Source: an uncultured bacterium (GTDB taxonomy: Bacteria > CAIJMQ01). Taken from it: a stretch of 64,000 nucleotides of DNA. Numbering within the stretch: position 1 is the stretch's first letter; every line of letters starts with the position of its first letter. The DNA lies in assembly GCA_903821905.1 (NCBI GenBank), contig CAIJMQ010000121.1, forward strand, positions 695 through 64,694. Reading direction: 5' to 3'. The position numbers and the translations under genes were made by a program. Below the pieces are notes generated by a model, which saw only the letters and a list, made by a program, of their open reading frames with translations, ran no database searches and was not told the origin of the DNA. Shown piece by piece: positions 19,679-28,290 of the stretch.

Positions 19679-22186
19679 CTAATCCATTAAATCCACAATC
19701 TTAACTAAAGGTTTCAGAGACCATCTTACTACGGTCTTAAGACGAGGATGTTCTGATATAAAAGAAGCAATTCTTGGACCTACTTTGTAATATGTTCCAA
19801 CAAATATCTTTCCTAAAGAATTAGTCAAAAGATAATCATCTCTAAACTCAGATAACACCCTAACCTCTCTTGCCATAGGTGTTCCGTAACACGCCGTGGC
19901 TATGAAACAACCTGACAGTGAACCGGCACCACCGCCGCCGCCGCCACCACCACCACTACCATCACCGCCACTGCCGTCTCCTGTATCGCCCTCTGCCATC
20001 GTAGTAATCATACAAGGCGAAGAATAATCCGTATCAATACCGAAAGTATCTACAGCTGTTACCCAGTAATAATAAGTGGTCGCAGGAGTAAGAGTACTAA
20101 TATCGTAAAAATAATTATTCGTTATAACCGCACCGTTAACTTTTTCTTTTATTCCTGTTAAGGAAGTGCTCCTGTAAACGTTATATCCTGCCAATACAGA
20201 ACTTACTACGGAATTCCACCTTAGGGACACATATGTTCGTCCTGCTGTGGCTGTAAGACCGGTAGGAACGCTAATAAGAGAGAACAGAGCTGTATCTTCT
20301 ACGTCAGCTGGATTACCTGTTCCATCATCAGCATCATGATAAGTCACGGTTATGATATCATTATGATGAACCTGAAGTTTTCCATCTGCTGCAGCAGTCC
20401 CTACTTCCAAATTGATTGAACCTGTAAAAATACCGGTAGAATTACCTGTTTCGGTCAGGGTTTTAACTTCAGCAACAGCTTCTGTAGTAGATGTAAATTT
20501 CACAGTAGTAGTATCGGGACCACCTGTTGTATTCAAATCACCATCCAAAACAGTAACATTGACCACGCCACCAGCAGAGTAAGAATCTCTGTCAAGCCAG
20601 ACTGAACCAGCACCATTACGGGATAGTGAAACAGCCCATGATGGATTTGTTGTACTTGTATCTCCGGCATTCATTATAATTAACACTACATTGTCATAAG
20701 TATCGTAAGCTAAATCTACATATCCATCCTTGTGAGCGTCCAAAGAGAATGGATGGTCAGTACGTATTCCGGCTTTCTCGGTCACTAAGTTCACCGAGTA
20801 ATCCGTGGTGTTATCAAGTCCATTAAAATAGACCCAGTAATTCGCAACTGCAGGGTCTAATGCAATGGTAACGTAATCCGTAGCCCATTTGTCCATCCAC
20901 GCATCATAGTTGACATTAGTGCTGTCTATTGTAAATGGAATTCCGTCTGTAACTGCATCATATTGATACTCAAGCCATACTCCATCAAAAGTTGTTCCTG
21001 TAAGTTTAGCTCTATAATCAGCTCCGTCAGTATACATATCCTCCAAAAAGAAATTAGCCTCCGTGAATACATTGAATTCGTCTATAATGCTGGAACCATA
21101 CCCTCCTAACACAGTGTTTATTGCTGTAAGTCCATCGGTTGTCTGACATTGCTCCCAAATTTCTTTGATTATAGCATCTCCGCCTCCGCTGAAATCTTCT
21201 GATAATCTCTTGGCAAAAATGAAGTTCCCGTATTCGTGTCCTCCATCAAATGTTTCTAAACCATAACTGTCGCTGAATTGAAACCAATACGGTAAGTAGT
21301 TATAGTTATCATTTACAGCCGGCCAAACAACATCTTCCATATAAGTAGATGTTGTTTCCATCCACCAGACTTCTTCGTTTGCATCATAACTAAATTGAAC
21401 TGCATGGAAGAACTCGTGAGCTGCTGTGACCTTCGCTGCTCCATCAGCAGGAATAGGGTCATCATTTGGCGGCGCCCAACTATAACTCTTATTTACCGCA
21501 ATATAACTGTAGGAAGGGGTTGCAGGAGATTGCTCAGGGCACGTGTATCCATATAATCCAGTACCCAAGTCATAAATATAGACATCATATTTTCCATCCC
21601 CGCCATTGTTGGATGCAGCCAAATCGCTTGGCGGCGCATTATATCCCAAATTGGTCACTTCCTCAGTATAAGCAGTTTCAAAATAGCTGGATATTTTTGT
21701 GGCATAGGCAAGTGTAACGGCATTTGCTCCTGAGGTGTTGTAGTGTACTATGAAATGTGCAGAAGGGAAAGTTGAAGGGAAAGTGTCAACAATGCTGCCC
21801 TCACATATTAAACCATCATCCGGCCTTAGAAGAATATTACATTGCAGAATATCCTGTGTTTCTTGACTTAATTTATTCCAGTTCTTTTTTATCTCCAAGA
21901 TTGTCGGCGTGCCGCTTTTTCTAAACTTCGCATCCTCGGCAGATAACACATATTTCGTGCCGGATAACTTTTCCGGTTTAAACACCGCCCACGCCTTGTT
22001 TAATATGTATTCGTCAATCGTTATTTTTTGGGCTTTATAATCCGCCTGAATTCTCTCTACGGCACCAACCTTATTCCGGCTTTTAAGTGTTTCCGCTCCG
22101 GTGGGGGCAACTACTGCAAACATTGAAAACAATACTGTTAAAACCAACGCTATGCTTAAAACTTTTTTCTTATTTATTCTTTCCAT
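19679..22186 (-). CDS. Secreted putative zinc metalloprotease (HExxH) with beta-rich/FN3-like regions, a Gly-rich linker and a C-terminal CFIATACYG domain
   Basis: 835 aa. Signal peptide (VLFSMFAVVAPTGAET). AAHEFFHAVQFSYDANEEVWWMETT is HExxH followed by downstream Glu residues, which is gluzincin-like. FN3-like stretch LTATAGRTYVSLRWNS...YNVYRS...TTYYYWVTAVD. Linker GDGSGGDGSGGGGGGGGGAGSLSG, then CFIATACYGTPMAREVRVLSEFRDDYLLTN... Confidence 0.65.
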   Translation of the reverse strand: MERINKKKVLSIALVLTVLFSMFAVVAPTGAETLKSRNKVGAVERIQADYKAQKITIDEYILNKAWAVFKPEKLSGTKYVLSAEDAKFRKSGTPTILEIKKNWNKLSQETQDILQCNILLRPDDGLICEGSIVDTFPSTFPSAHFIVHYNTSGANAVTLAYATKISSYFETAYTEEVTNLGYNAPPSDLAASNNGGDGKYDVYIYDLGTGLYGYTCPEQSPATPSYSYIAVNKSYSWAPPNDDPIPADGAAKVTAAHEFFHAVQFSYDANEEVWWMETTSTYMEDVVWPAVNDNYNYLPYWFQFSDSYGLETFDGGHEYGNFIFAKRLSEDFSGGGDAIIKEIWEQCQTTDGLTAINTVLGGYGSSIIDEFNVFTEANFFLEDMYTDGADYRAKLTGTTFDGVWLEYQYDAVTDGIPFTIDSTNVNYDAWMDKWATDYVTIALDPAVANYWVYFNGLDNTTDYSVNLVTEKAGIRTDHPFSLDAHKDGYVDLAYDTYDNVVLIIMNAGDTSTTNPSWAVSLSRNGAGSVWLDRDSYSAGGVVNVTVLDGDLNTTGGPDTTTVKFTSTTEAVAEVKTLTETGNSTGIFTGSINLEVGTAAADGKLQVHHNDIITVTYHDADDGTGNPADVEDTALFSLISVPTGLTATAGRTYVSLRWNSVVSSVLAGYNVYRSTSLTGIKEKVNGAVITNNYFYDISTLTPATTYYYWVTAVDTFGIDTDYSSPCMITTMAEGDTGDGSGGDGSGGGGGGGGGAGSLSGCFIATACYGTPMAREVRVLSEFRDDYLLTNSLGKIFVGTYYKVGPRIASFISEHPRLKTVVRWSLKPLVKIVDLMD
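19745..19917. repeat. Dispersed repeat copy 1 (coding for the CFIATACYG C-terminal domain)
   Basis: Hand alignment to 23082..23254 gives 18 mismatches in ~173 nt (~90% identity). The rest of the two genes is unrelated. Confidence 0.85.
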
Positions 22187-22191
22187 AATTT

Positions 22192-22959
22192 TTACCTCGG
22201 TCCGGCAGGAACAACCTGCTCATATTTTGTTCTATTAATTAAATTTGGACTTACCTCTCCTTTATTTTCTACCTTTACGGAATAATGCGAGATGATAATA
22301 TCTTGCGGTGAAGGAATCCTGGGATATGAATTTACCCGTGTTGCCGTATAACAATCCAATAAATAATAAGAATTCTCTTTTTTTATTTCCAGACGGGTAA
22401 AATCCTCCGGTTTAATATTATATTTCTCTTTTGCCTCATCTGTCCATAATCCCAAATGTCTTTTTGTAAATATCTCCTCATCCTGTGCAGAAGAAGATAA
22501 CCCATATAATTTCAGATATATTTCAAATAAATTAATAACGTCTCTGTCTTTCTCCGGGCTGATGTTTTTCCCGTAATTTTCCAAAAATTTATTGAAATCT
22601 TCGGGAGATAAAAAATAAATCTTTTCGGAAGTGATTAAAATACAAAAATCGGGATTTATTCTAACAAGCCAATGTTCAACAGGAATAGACGGATATTTAT
22701 AACGGTATCCTATTTGATATTTCTTGTTCCAATCTTCCCCATATTTTTTATTTAAAGCAAATTTTGCGGTTTCAGCAGAGTCATTAATATTATAAGGATT
22801 GGACAAAGAATCGAAATTACTTGTTGTGACAGACCCCTTTACATCCGGGACTGCACTGCTTTTGCTTGAACATCCCGCCAAACAACCTACTCCCATGAAT
22901 ATTATTATCCCTATGATGCAATTTTTAATAGCACAGTTTAATATCTTCCTTTGAAGCAT
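22192..22959 (-). CDS. Lipoprotein of unknown function
   Basis: 255 aa. Signal sequence ending in the lipobox LAGC/SS (GVGCLAGCSSKS). No recognisable domain. It lies between the two CFIATACYG-domain genes. Confidence 0.6.
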   Translation of the reverse strand: MLQRKILNCAIKNCIIGIIIFMGVGCLAGCSSKSSAVPDVKGSVTTSNFDSLSNPYNINDSAETAKFALNKKYGEDWNKKYQIGYRYKYPSIPVEHWLVRINPDFCILITSEKIYFLSPEDFNKFLENYGKNISPEKDRDVINLFEIYLKLYGLSSSAQDEEIFTKRHLGLWTDEAKEKYNIKPEDFTRLEIKKENSYYLLDCYTATRVNSYPRIPSPQDIIISHYSVKVENKGEVSPNLINRTKYEQVVPAGPR

Positions 22960-22994
22960 TTTTAACTTTACCGGAAAAAAGGGGTGGTTCTATT

Positions 22995-25900
22995 TTAGTC
23001 ATTCTTTTCTCGGGAAACCACCAACTTTTCCGAAAAATACACTATCGGTTTCAACCCTGCTCTTACAAATTCTTTAAGTAAAGGATGTTCTGATATAAAA
23101 GAAGCAATTCTTGGACTTACTTTGTAATATGTTCCGACAAATATTTTCCCCAACGAATTAGTTATCAAATACTCATCTCTAAACTCGGATAACACTCTAA
23201 CCTCTTTCGCCATAGGTGTTCCGTAACACGCCGTGGCTATGAAACAGCCGGATAGCTTGCCAACTCTACCGCCGCCGCCACCATTGGTGCCGGTGTCAGT
23301 GCCATCTCCGCCGCCATCGCTAGTTCCACCTCCGCCTTCATCTTCCCCTGCCCCGGTATATGCCGGGGTTCCAAGCCAGGCAAGAATCGCAGTCATAACT
23401 CCGCTTCTGATGTGCTGATCGGAAATTGCTTCAAAACCCCAAGGTAAAAACACACTGGCACCCCGTCCCTGATAATAAGCTGTTCCTGCGGTTCCGAAGA
23501 AAGGCGTATCTCCTATACTACCTTCTATAGTATCAGGTCTTCCTCCGCCGGAAAAATCGTATTCAAATATCTTTCTTACAATAGGAGTATCGGTTTCCGG
23601 TTCAGCATCAACAAATAAAAATTGGTTCTGGGCACCGTAAGGTCCTGCAATATCAATACCGTAATTATCGTCTATTACAGGATTTCCAGAAATACTCTTT
23701 AGTTGTGTTAAATTTCCATATCCTAATGAAGAATAAACGTCGCTAATATGCATATAGCCGGTTAGAAACGTATTCAGTATCGAACTGGTATCATTCTTTC
23801 TTTCACACCAATATGCATTTTCTGATCTACCTGCACAACCCAAATCCAAGAGGATACCTTGACCAGATAAGAACAGCCGACCTGCATGATTATCCAGATA
23901 ATCTTCTAAAAGAGCTTGTTCCGGTCCAGTAAGCGTCTCTGTCATCCATATCGGGGTATCAGGAATATCATCATCATAAAAATAGGGACGCCAGTATCCG
24001 TTATAATCACCGGTCAGCCATATAACTTTATCATAATTATCCAGAAGGCCATTGTAGATTTCACCGTTCATTAAAGCATCGCCAGCATCTGTACCACCCC
24101 AAGCATCATCTTTTCCGGGATAGTGTGTCAGAGTATCATCAAAATCTACGTGCCAAATATCATAGGATTGCCCCAAATCATCAAGCGTCTTCAGATACCA
24201 GTCCTCATAACCATAAACAATATTACTTGGTACCGCAGAAGTAATATCAATCATAGCATTAAAATAATATGAAATAAGAGGATAACCGAAATCATCATCT
24301 ACAACTAAAATACCGGTATTAGTAGGAGTAAATTCATTCACTTCCTGAACATAAATCCAGCTTTCTTTTTCCCACCAGGTGCCCCAGTTAGAGGCAAGAT
24401 TATCATATCCCGGCTGTTCGACCTTTACAAAATAATATCCGGGGACAGTATTTAAAGTAGAGAAAGTATAATCTGCAGGTGAAGCAGGTGCAGGAAAATC
24501 TATTCCTATATCTCTTCTTATATCCATCCTCGTTATTTTTACCGGCGGAATTGAAGAGCCTACCGGTCTTCCAGGTGTTGTTATACCTACAGTAGTGACT
24601 GCAGAGCCGCCGGTCGGTATTTCATCTACTCCTATATCGTGTGATTCGTATTGAGGCAACTTAGTCCTTAAATTACTAAGAGCTAAACTTGGCGCTGAAG
24701 TCTGTGTTTCTATCGGTGTAAGTTGAGGATATGGAATCGGCAAAGCAGGGTCTCCGAATAATGTATATTCCCAAACTGTTTTCTGGCTTATGAAATGAGT
24801 CATATCGTTATTTTCTATAAAAGAATTAATAGGGCCTTGTGCTAATCCCCCAGGCACAGTCGGGGAACCGTAAACCAAATCGCCTATGTATTTGGGGGCA
24901 TTATTGAAACTTCTCATCGTATAGCTCAACAACTCATCCATATCAAAAAGTCTATCCTGATATAACACACCGTTATCGAAGAAAGGAATAATTCCTTGCC
25001 AGGCGGAACTAGTTAAACCGATATATGCTATACCTCCGCCTGTGGGAGATTCAACCACCGCTTCTCCAAAGGAAGGAGTGTTTCTGTCAAATCCTCCACT
25101 GCCACTGTTTCCATGACTGTACATACCTGCATTAGAAACCACAATCGGTATCTTGGAATCTGATGAAGTGTAGCCCAAAACATCGTCTCTATCTATGCGG
25201 CTGCCATCAAAGATTAAAGTAGTATCAGTTCCGTATCCCAATTCAAAAAGAAGACCGCAATCGGTATCATTAAGATAAGGAGCCACTGAAATGTCATTAA
25301 AATCATTACCCGCTACACCATCATTCCAATTTGTATGTCTAAGTTTCGTAATGTTGTTACCTTCAAAAAAACCTTGATTGGTAATATCAGCAAGGACAAA
25401 CTCATCCCAGAAAGCAAATACGCTCGGGTGAGAATCCCCTCCTGCAGTTACAACTTTTCTGAACCAATTAGACCATGCATTAGGAACCGCAACAGCGGTA
25501 AGGTAATTGTTACATTTAGTAAATATAGCTTGTGCCTCGACTAAACCGTTATCGTGTATCTCGTATCCGTCACCAGGTATAGGATGTGTAGTATCCGAAA
25601 GATCTTCGGCTTCCAAACCAACAGCAGACGGATCACCCAAAACCAGAAGACAGGTATCCGTATTATCTAAAATTTGGTAAGTAGCACCAATAGGAGCTGC
25701 AGTACCAGTGCCACCAGCAGTCGCAGGGGGATTGCCATCAGAAACTATCCACAATTCATCACCTACCCATCCACTAGCAACCCATGTTTTAGTACTATCA
25801 CATACATCACACTCATCGAAATTATAAGGGTTAAGACCTGTATCAGGTATAGCAGTAATCTCCGTAACGGTTCCGCTATCTTCAACAGGGAGAAGGTCAT

Positions 25901-26675
25901 GAACGGGTATTCTCCCGACTCTCAAGTTCGGTACCCAGTCTATTCCACCACCAGTACTACCACCATAATCAGGCGACGCATAGAAAAAATCGGTGGGAAA
26001 CCAAGTGCCATCGCCGAAAGGATATCCGGGATACGCGCTAAAATTCATCCATACATACCAGCTTTCCGGGACACCGTTGAAAGTCATAGCTCCACCGCTA
26101 CCGGCACCGGTTTCACCCAAGAGAAGCAGATATAGAAATTTGGGATGATTAATGCCGCCGTTATTAAAATCCCAGCTGTTCAGGGGTATAAAAGCACCTG
26201 TAGCATCCTGAAGTATATTAAAAGCATATACATAATCGTCTATGCCGTTTGTTTGAGTTCCATCGGGTAAACCTTCCGTTTTTAGTTGAAGCAACCCTCT
26301 TAATAATTTAACAATACAGAGATTGGGAAGGGGAGTCATTCCGGGAGGAGGATAATCGAACCCTGTAGGAATTAATGTAGGAGTAGCGGGAACAGGCGGT
26401 GGGTCTGCAGGAGAAGGTTCGAGTACACCCGAAGGCAAGTTATCGTAAGCGGCAACTATATTCTCTACTGTAACATAAGCTCCGTACATTGGTTTTGCTT
26501 GACCTACGTCTCCAGCATTTTGATGCATTGTAAGAAAACTTTGGGCTACTGTTTCAAATTTTGCGGACGTTATAATCAAAAGTTCATAGTCATAGGCTTT
26601 AACGATAGTAGAAAAAGAAAATAGAATAAGTAAACCCAAAGAAAATTTTATTAACAAAAATCTATTTTTCGTCAT
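22995..26675 (-). CDS. Large secreted peptidase-C25 (gingipain)-like protein, probably non-catalytic, with a C-terminal CFIATACYG domain
   Basis: 1226 aa. Signal peptide then YELLIITSAKFETVAQSF and RVGRIPVHD, both C25-like. The region LFELGYGTDTTL...IPIVVSNAGMYSHG...SFGEAVVESPTGGGIAYIGLTSSAW aligns by eye to the gingipain motifs YTGHGSETAW...PFIFDVACVNGDF...CFAEAL...GTVAIIAST, with His to Tyr and Cys to Gly changes. C-terminus is GGGGGRVGKLSGCFIATACYGTPMAKEVRVLSEFRDEYLITN... Confidence 0.6.
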   Translation of the reverse strand: MTKNRFLLIKFSLGLLILFSFSTIVKAYDYELLIITSAKFETVAQSFLTMHQNAGDVGQAKPMYGAYVTVENIVAAYDNLPSGVLEPSPADPPPVPATPTLIPTGFDYPPPGMTPLPNLCIVKLLRGLLQLKTEGLPDGTQTNGIDDYVYAFNILQDATGAFIPLNSWDFNNGGINHPKFLYLLLLGETGAGSGGAMTFNGVPESWYVWMNFSAYPGYPFGDGTWFPTDFFYASPDYGGSTGGGIDWVPNLRVGRIPVHDLLPVEDSGTVTEITAIPDTGLNPYNFDECDVCDSTKTWVASGWVGDELWIVSDGNPPATAGGTGTAAPIGATYQILDNTDTCLLVLGDPSAVGLEAEDLSDTTHPIPGDGYEIHDNGLVEAQAIFTKCNNYLTAVAVPNAWSNWFRKVVTAGGDSHPSVFAFWDEFVLADITNQGFFEGNNITKLRHTNWNDGVAGNDFNDISVAPYLNDTDCGLLFELGYGTDTTLIFDGSRIDRDDVLGYTSSDSKIPIVVSNAGMYSHGNSGSGGFDRNTPSFGEAVVESPTGGGIAYIGLTSSAWQGIIPFFDNGVLYQDRLFDMDELLSYTMRSFNNAPKYIGDLVYGSPTVPGGLAQGPINSFIENNDMTHFISQKTVWEYTLFGDPALPIPYPQLTPIETQTSAPSLALSNLRTKLPQYESHDIGVDEIPTGGSAVTTVGITTPGRPVGSSIPPVKITRMDIRRDIGIDFPAPASPADYTFSTLNTVPGYYFVKVEQPGYDNLASNWGTWWEKESWIYVQEVNEFTPTNTGILVVDDDFGYPLISYYFNAMIDITSAVPSNIVYGYEDWYLKTLDDLGQSYDIWHVDFDDTLTHYPGKDDAWGGTDAGDALMNGEIYNGLLDNYDKVIWLTGDYNGYWRPYFYDDDIPDTPIWMTETLTGPEQALLEDYLDNHAGRLFLSGQGILLDLGCAGRSENAYWCERKNDTSSILNTFLTGYMHISDVYSSLGYGNLTQLKSISGNPVIDDNYGIDIAGPYGAQNQFLFVDAEPETDTPIVRKIFEYDFSGGGRPDTIEGSIGDTPFFGTAGTAYYQGRGASVFLPWGFEAISDQHIRSGVMTAILAWLGTPAYTGAGEDEGGGGTSDGGGDGTDTGTNGGGGGRVGKLSGCFIATACYGTPMAKEVRVLSEFRDEYLITNSLGKIFVGTYYKVSPRIASFISEHPLLKEFVRAGLKPIVYFSEKLVVSREKND
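23082..23254. repeat. Dispersed repeat copy 2 (coding for the CFIATACYG C-terminal domain)
   Basis: See copy 1 (19745..19917). About 90% nucleotide identity and 54 of 59 identical residues at the protein level. Confidence 0.85.
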
Positions 26676-27418
26676 TTTTTATTCTCTCCACGACTCTTGG
26701 TGGATTGATAGTTGACTGTTATTTCCGCATCGGTAATAAGTATTGCGCGGTTTGAATTAGGGATATACTGCATAGGGAAAAATTTGATGAATACATATCG
26801 GTTATTGTTATCTTGTCCAGTAGAATAGGAAACTAAATTGCCAGGGAAGAAAGATTCTGAGTCACATGTCTTGCATTTGTTATAACTCTTATTTTCGTTT
26901 TTCCCGGTTGTGGTTTGTTTTCCGCCAGAAGTTTTAATTTGTTTTTCAGTATCGGCAGTTTGTTTTACTTTCTGCGTTTGTGTAACAGGCATAGGATTAG
27001 CAACAATATTCAATTTGTTCAAAATAGGTCTGTAAGAAACGCTGCTGACGCTTACTCCCGAAACTTCGCTGTTTATAGGTAAAGTGACTACGAATGACTT
27101 GAAAGGAAGCATTGGCTCGCCCGGATTGCCGTAAGGTTTTAAACCTTCTACCCTCACATAATCTTTGCCTTTTACATTATTAAGTGAAGTTTGAGCTGTA
27201 TCCAAGCTGAAATGCAGTATTTCTGTTTGTCCTCCTATACTGCGGACACTGCCTTCTGCGGATTTGGAAGTTAAAACGCCCGTGCCCTCCATACTGGATA
27301 TTACAGGGCCAAAAAATAGTGTTTTTGGGGGATTATTTTCAGCAAGAATGTAAGAACCGGCAGAAAGGAAAAGGAGAATTACCGTACAACCCAATAAGAA
27401 CAATTTTTTATTTTTCAC
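26672..27418 (-). CDS. Secreted protein resembling the N-terminal (pro)domain of C25-family peptidases, encoded as a separate ORF
   Basis: 248 aa. GTG start (27418..27416) with AAGGA ~10 nt upstream, and its own signal peptide. VRVEGLKPYGNPGEPMLPFKSFVVTLP and the C-terminal FFPMQYIPNSNRAILITDAEITVNY match what normally precedes the C25 catalytic domain. The stop overlaps the start of the next ORF (ATGA). Confidence 0.55.
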   Translation of the reverse strand: MKNKKLFLLGCTVILLFLSAGSYILAENNPPKTLFFGPVISSMEGTGVLTSKSAEGSVRSIGGQTEILHFSLDTAQTSLNNVKGKDYVRVEGLKPYGNPGEPMLPFKSFVVTLPINSEVSGVSVSSVSYRPILNKLNIVANPMPVTQTQKVKQTADTEKQIKTSGGKQTTTGKNENKSYNKCKTCDSESFFPGNLVSYSTGQDNNNRYVFIKFFPMQYIPNSNRAILITDAEITVNYQSTKSRGENKK

Positions 27419-27485
27419 TATTCTATATCCTTTTTGGTAAAGCCGTTAATGAATTTTAACTATTTTTAAATTTACAAGACTGAAG

Positions 27486-27514
27486 ATTTTAGAACTAAAA
27501 GTCCATTTTGTCAA
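27486..27514 (-). promoter_or_regulatory. Near-consensus sigma70-type promoter for the four-gene secreted-protein operon
   Basis: Minus strand reads TTGACA (27514..27509), a 17-nt spacer, then TAAAAT (27491..27486), ~65 nt upstream of the GTG start at 27418. Confidence 0.6.
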
Positions 27515-27740
27515 CAATTTTCTTCAGTTCTACTGTATCTTATGTGCAACTTGCGTGCCATTTAATGTCAACTTCAACTTAATGAACTTAAAAAATGTTC
27601 ATATATAGTTACCTTAACCGAATTTTTTGTACTTACCACTTTTCTTTATGAGTTTTTGAATGTGTGAATATTATCTCACAATTGCGAGCTATTGGTTACA
27701 CTCTAACCCTTCACACTCTGCGAGGTCAGATGACAGAAAT

Positions 27741-27769
27741 CAGAAACCAGATTTTTTATCTGTTCTCTG
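27741..27769 (-). terminator. Possible intrinsic terminator after the gspM-like gene
   Basis: On the minus strand, 3 nt after the stop: CAGAGAACAGAT-AAAAA-ATCTGGTTTCTG. This is a 12-position stem with 10 Watson-Crick pairs, one G-U wobble and one mismatch, followed by ATTTCTGTC. The U-tract is poor. Confidence 0.35.
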
Positions 27770-27771
27770 TC

Positions 27772-28290
27772 TTACTTCTTCTCCCATCTCGAAGCTGTGA
27801 AAGTAGCTTCAAGATATGAGCTATCCTTTGGAGAATTTATCTGTATTTCCTTTATCTTCAGATTATAAGGAGAATTTTCAAGAGTAAAAAGATAATTGAC
27901 GAGGTTCTGCATAGTGAAGTTTTTCATTTTAACTTCTACGCTTACTTCTTGGGAATCTTCCTTTTCTTTTACAGAAGAAGGGACAGATTTAATAGAAGAG
28001 ATGTTTTCGGATAATCCTTTACTTTTTGCTATTCTTTCTACTAATGAAAAAATACTCTCGCCTTCTTTAGATAAAGTTTCATCAGATGAATATTCTTTTT
28101 TAACGCTTAAGTATTCTGTTTTAAGTGTTTCCATTTCCCTTACTTCTTGCTCTTTTTTAGGTATTGCAGTTTTTAAAACTTTTATACGATTAAATGTGGG
28201 GAGTACGAAAAATATCGAATACAGCAGAATAAATACAATACCCTCTGCTAAAAAAACTAATAGTTTTCTATTTCTTAAGTAATCTTTCAT
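27772..28290 (-). CDS. gspM: T2SS GspM / PilO-like bitopic inner-membrane protein (module A)
   Basis: 172 aa. Short N-terminus, a single TM (LLVFLAEGIVFILLYSIFFVL), a coiled-coil and a periplasmic domain. It is the last gene of a G-H-I-J-K-L-M ordered set, with ATGA overlap to the L-like gene. Confidence 0.6.
   Translation of the reverse strand: MKDYLRNRKLLVFLAEGIVFILLYSIFFVLPTFNRIKVLKTAIPKKEQEVREMETLKTEYLSVKKEYSSDETLSKEGESIFSLVERIAKSKGLSENISSIKSVPSSVKEKEDSQEVSVEVKMKNFTMQNLVNYLFTLENSPYNLKIKEIQINSPKDSSYLEATFTASRWEKK

Noticed and set aside
27675-27688. Near-palindrome CTCACAATTGCGAG in the 353-nt intergenic region; considered as an operator
   Set aside because: It is imperfect (2 mismatches) and unique in the window. 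It lies about 160 nt upstream of the predicted promoter and about 260 nt from the start codon. The evidence is insufficient.
27419-27771. Largest non-coding gaps (27419-27771, 46395-46567, 15129-15253, 2963-3050) inspected for tRNA, small RNA or riboswitch-like structure
   Set aside because: I could not fold any cloverleaf or recognise any conserved riboswitch core by eye. Only promoter-like hexamers and one weak hairpin were found. A covariance-model scan (Infernal/Rfam, tRNAscan-SE) would be needed to exclude ncRNAs.
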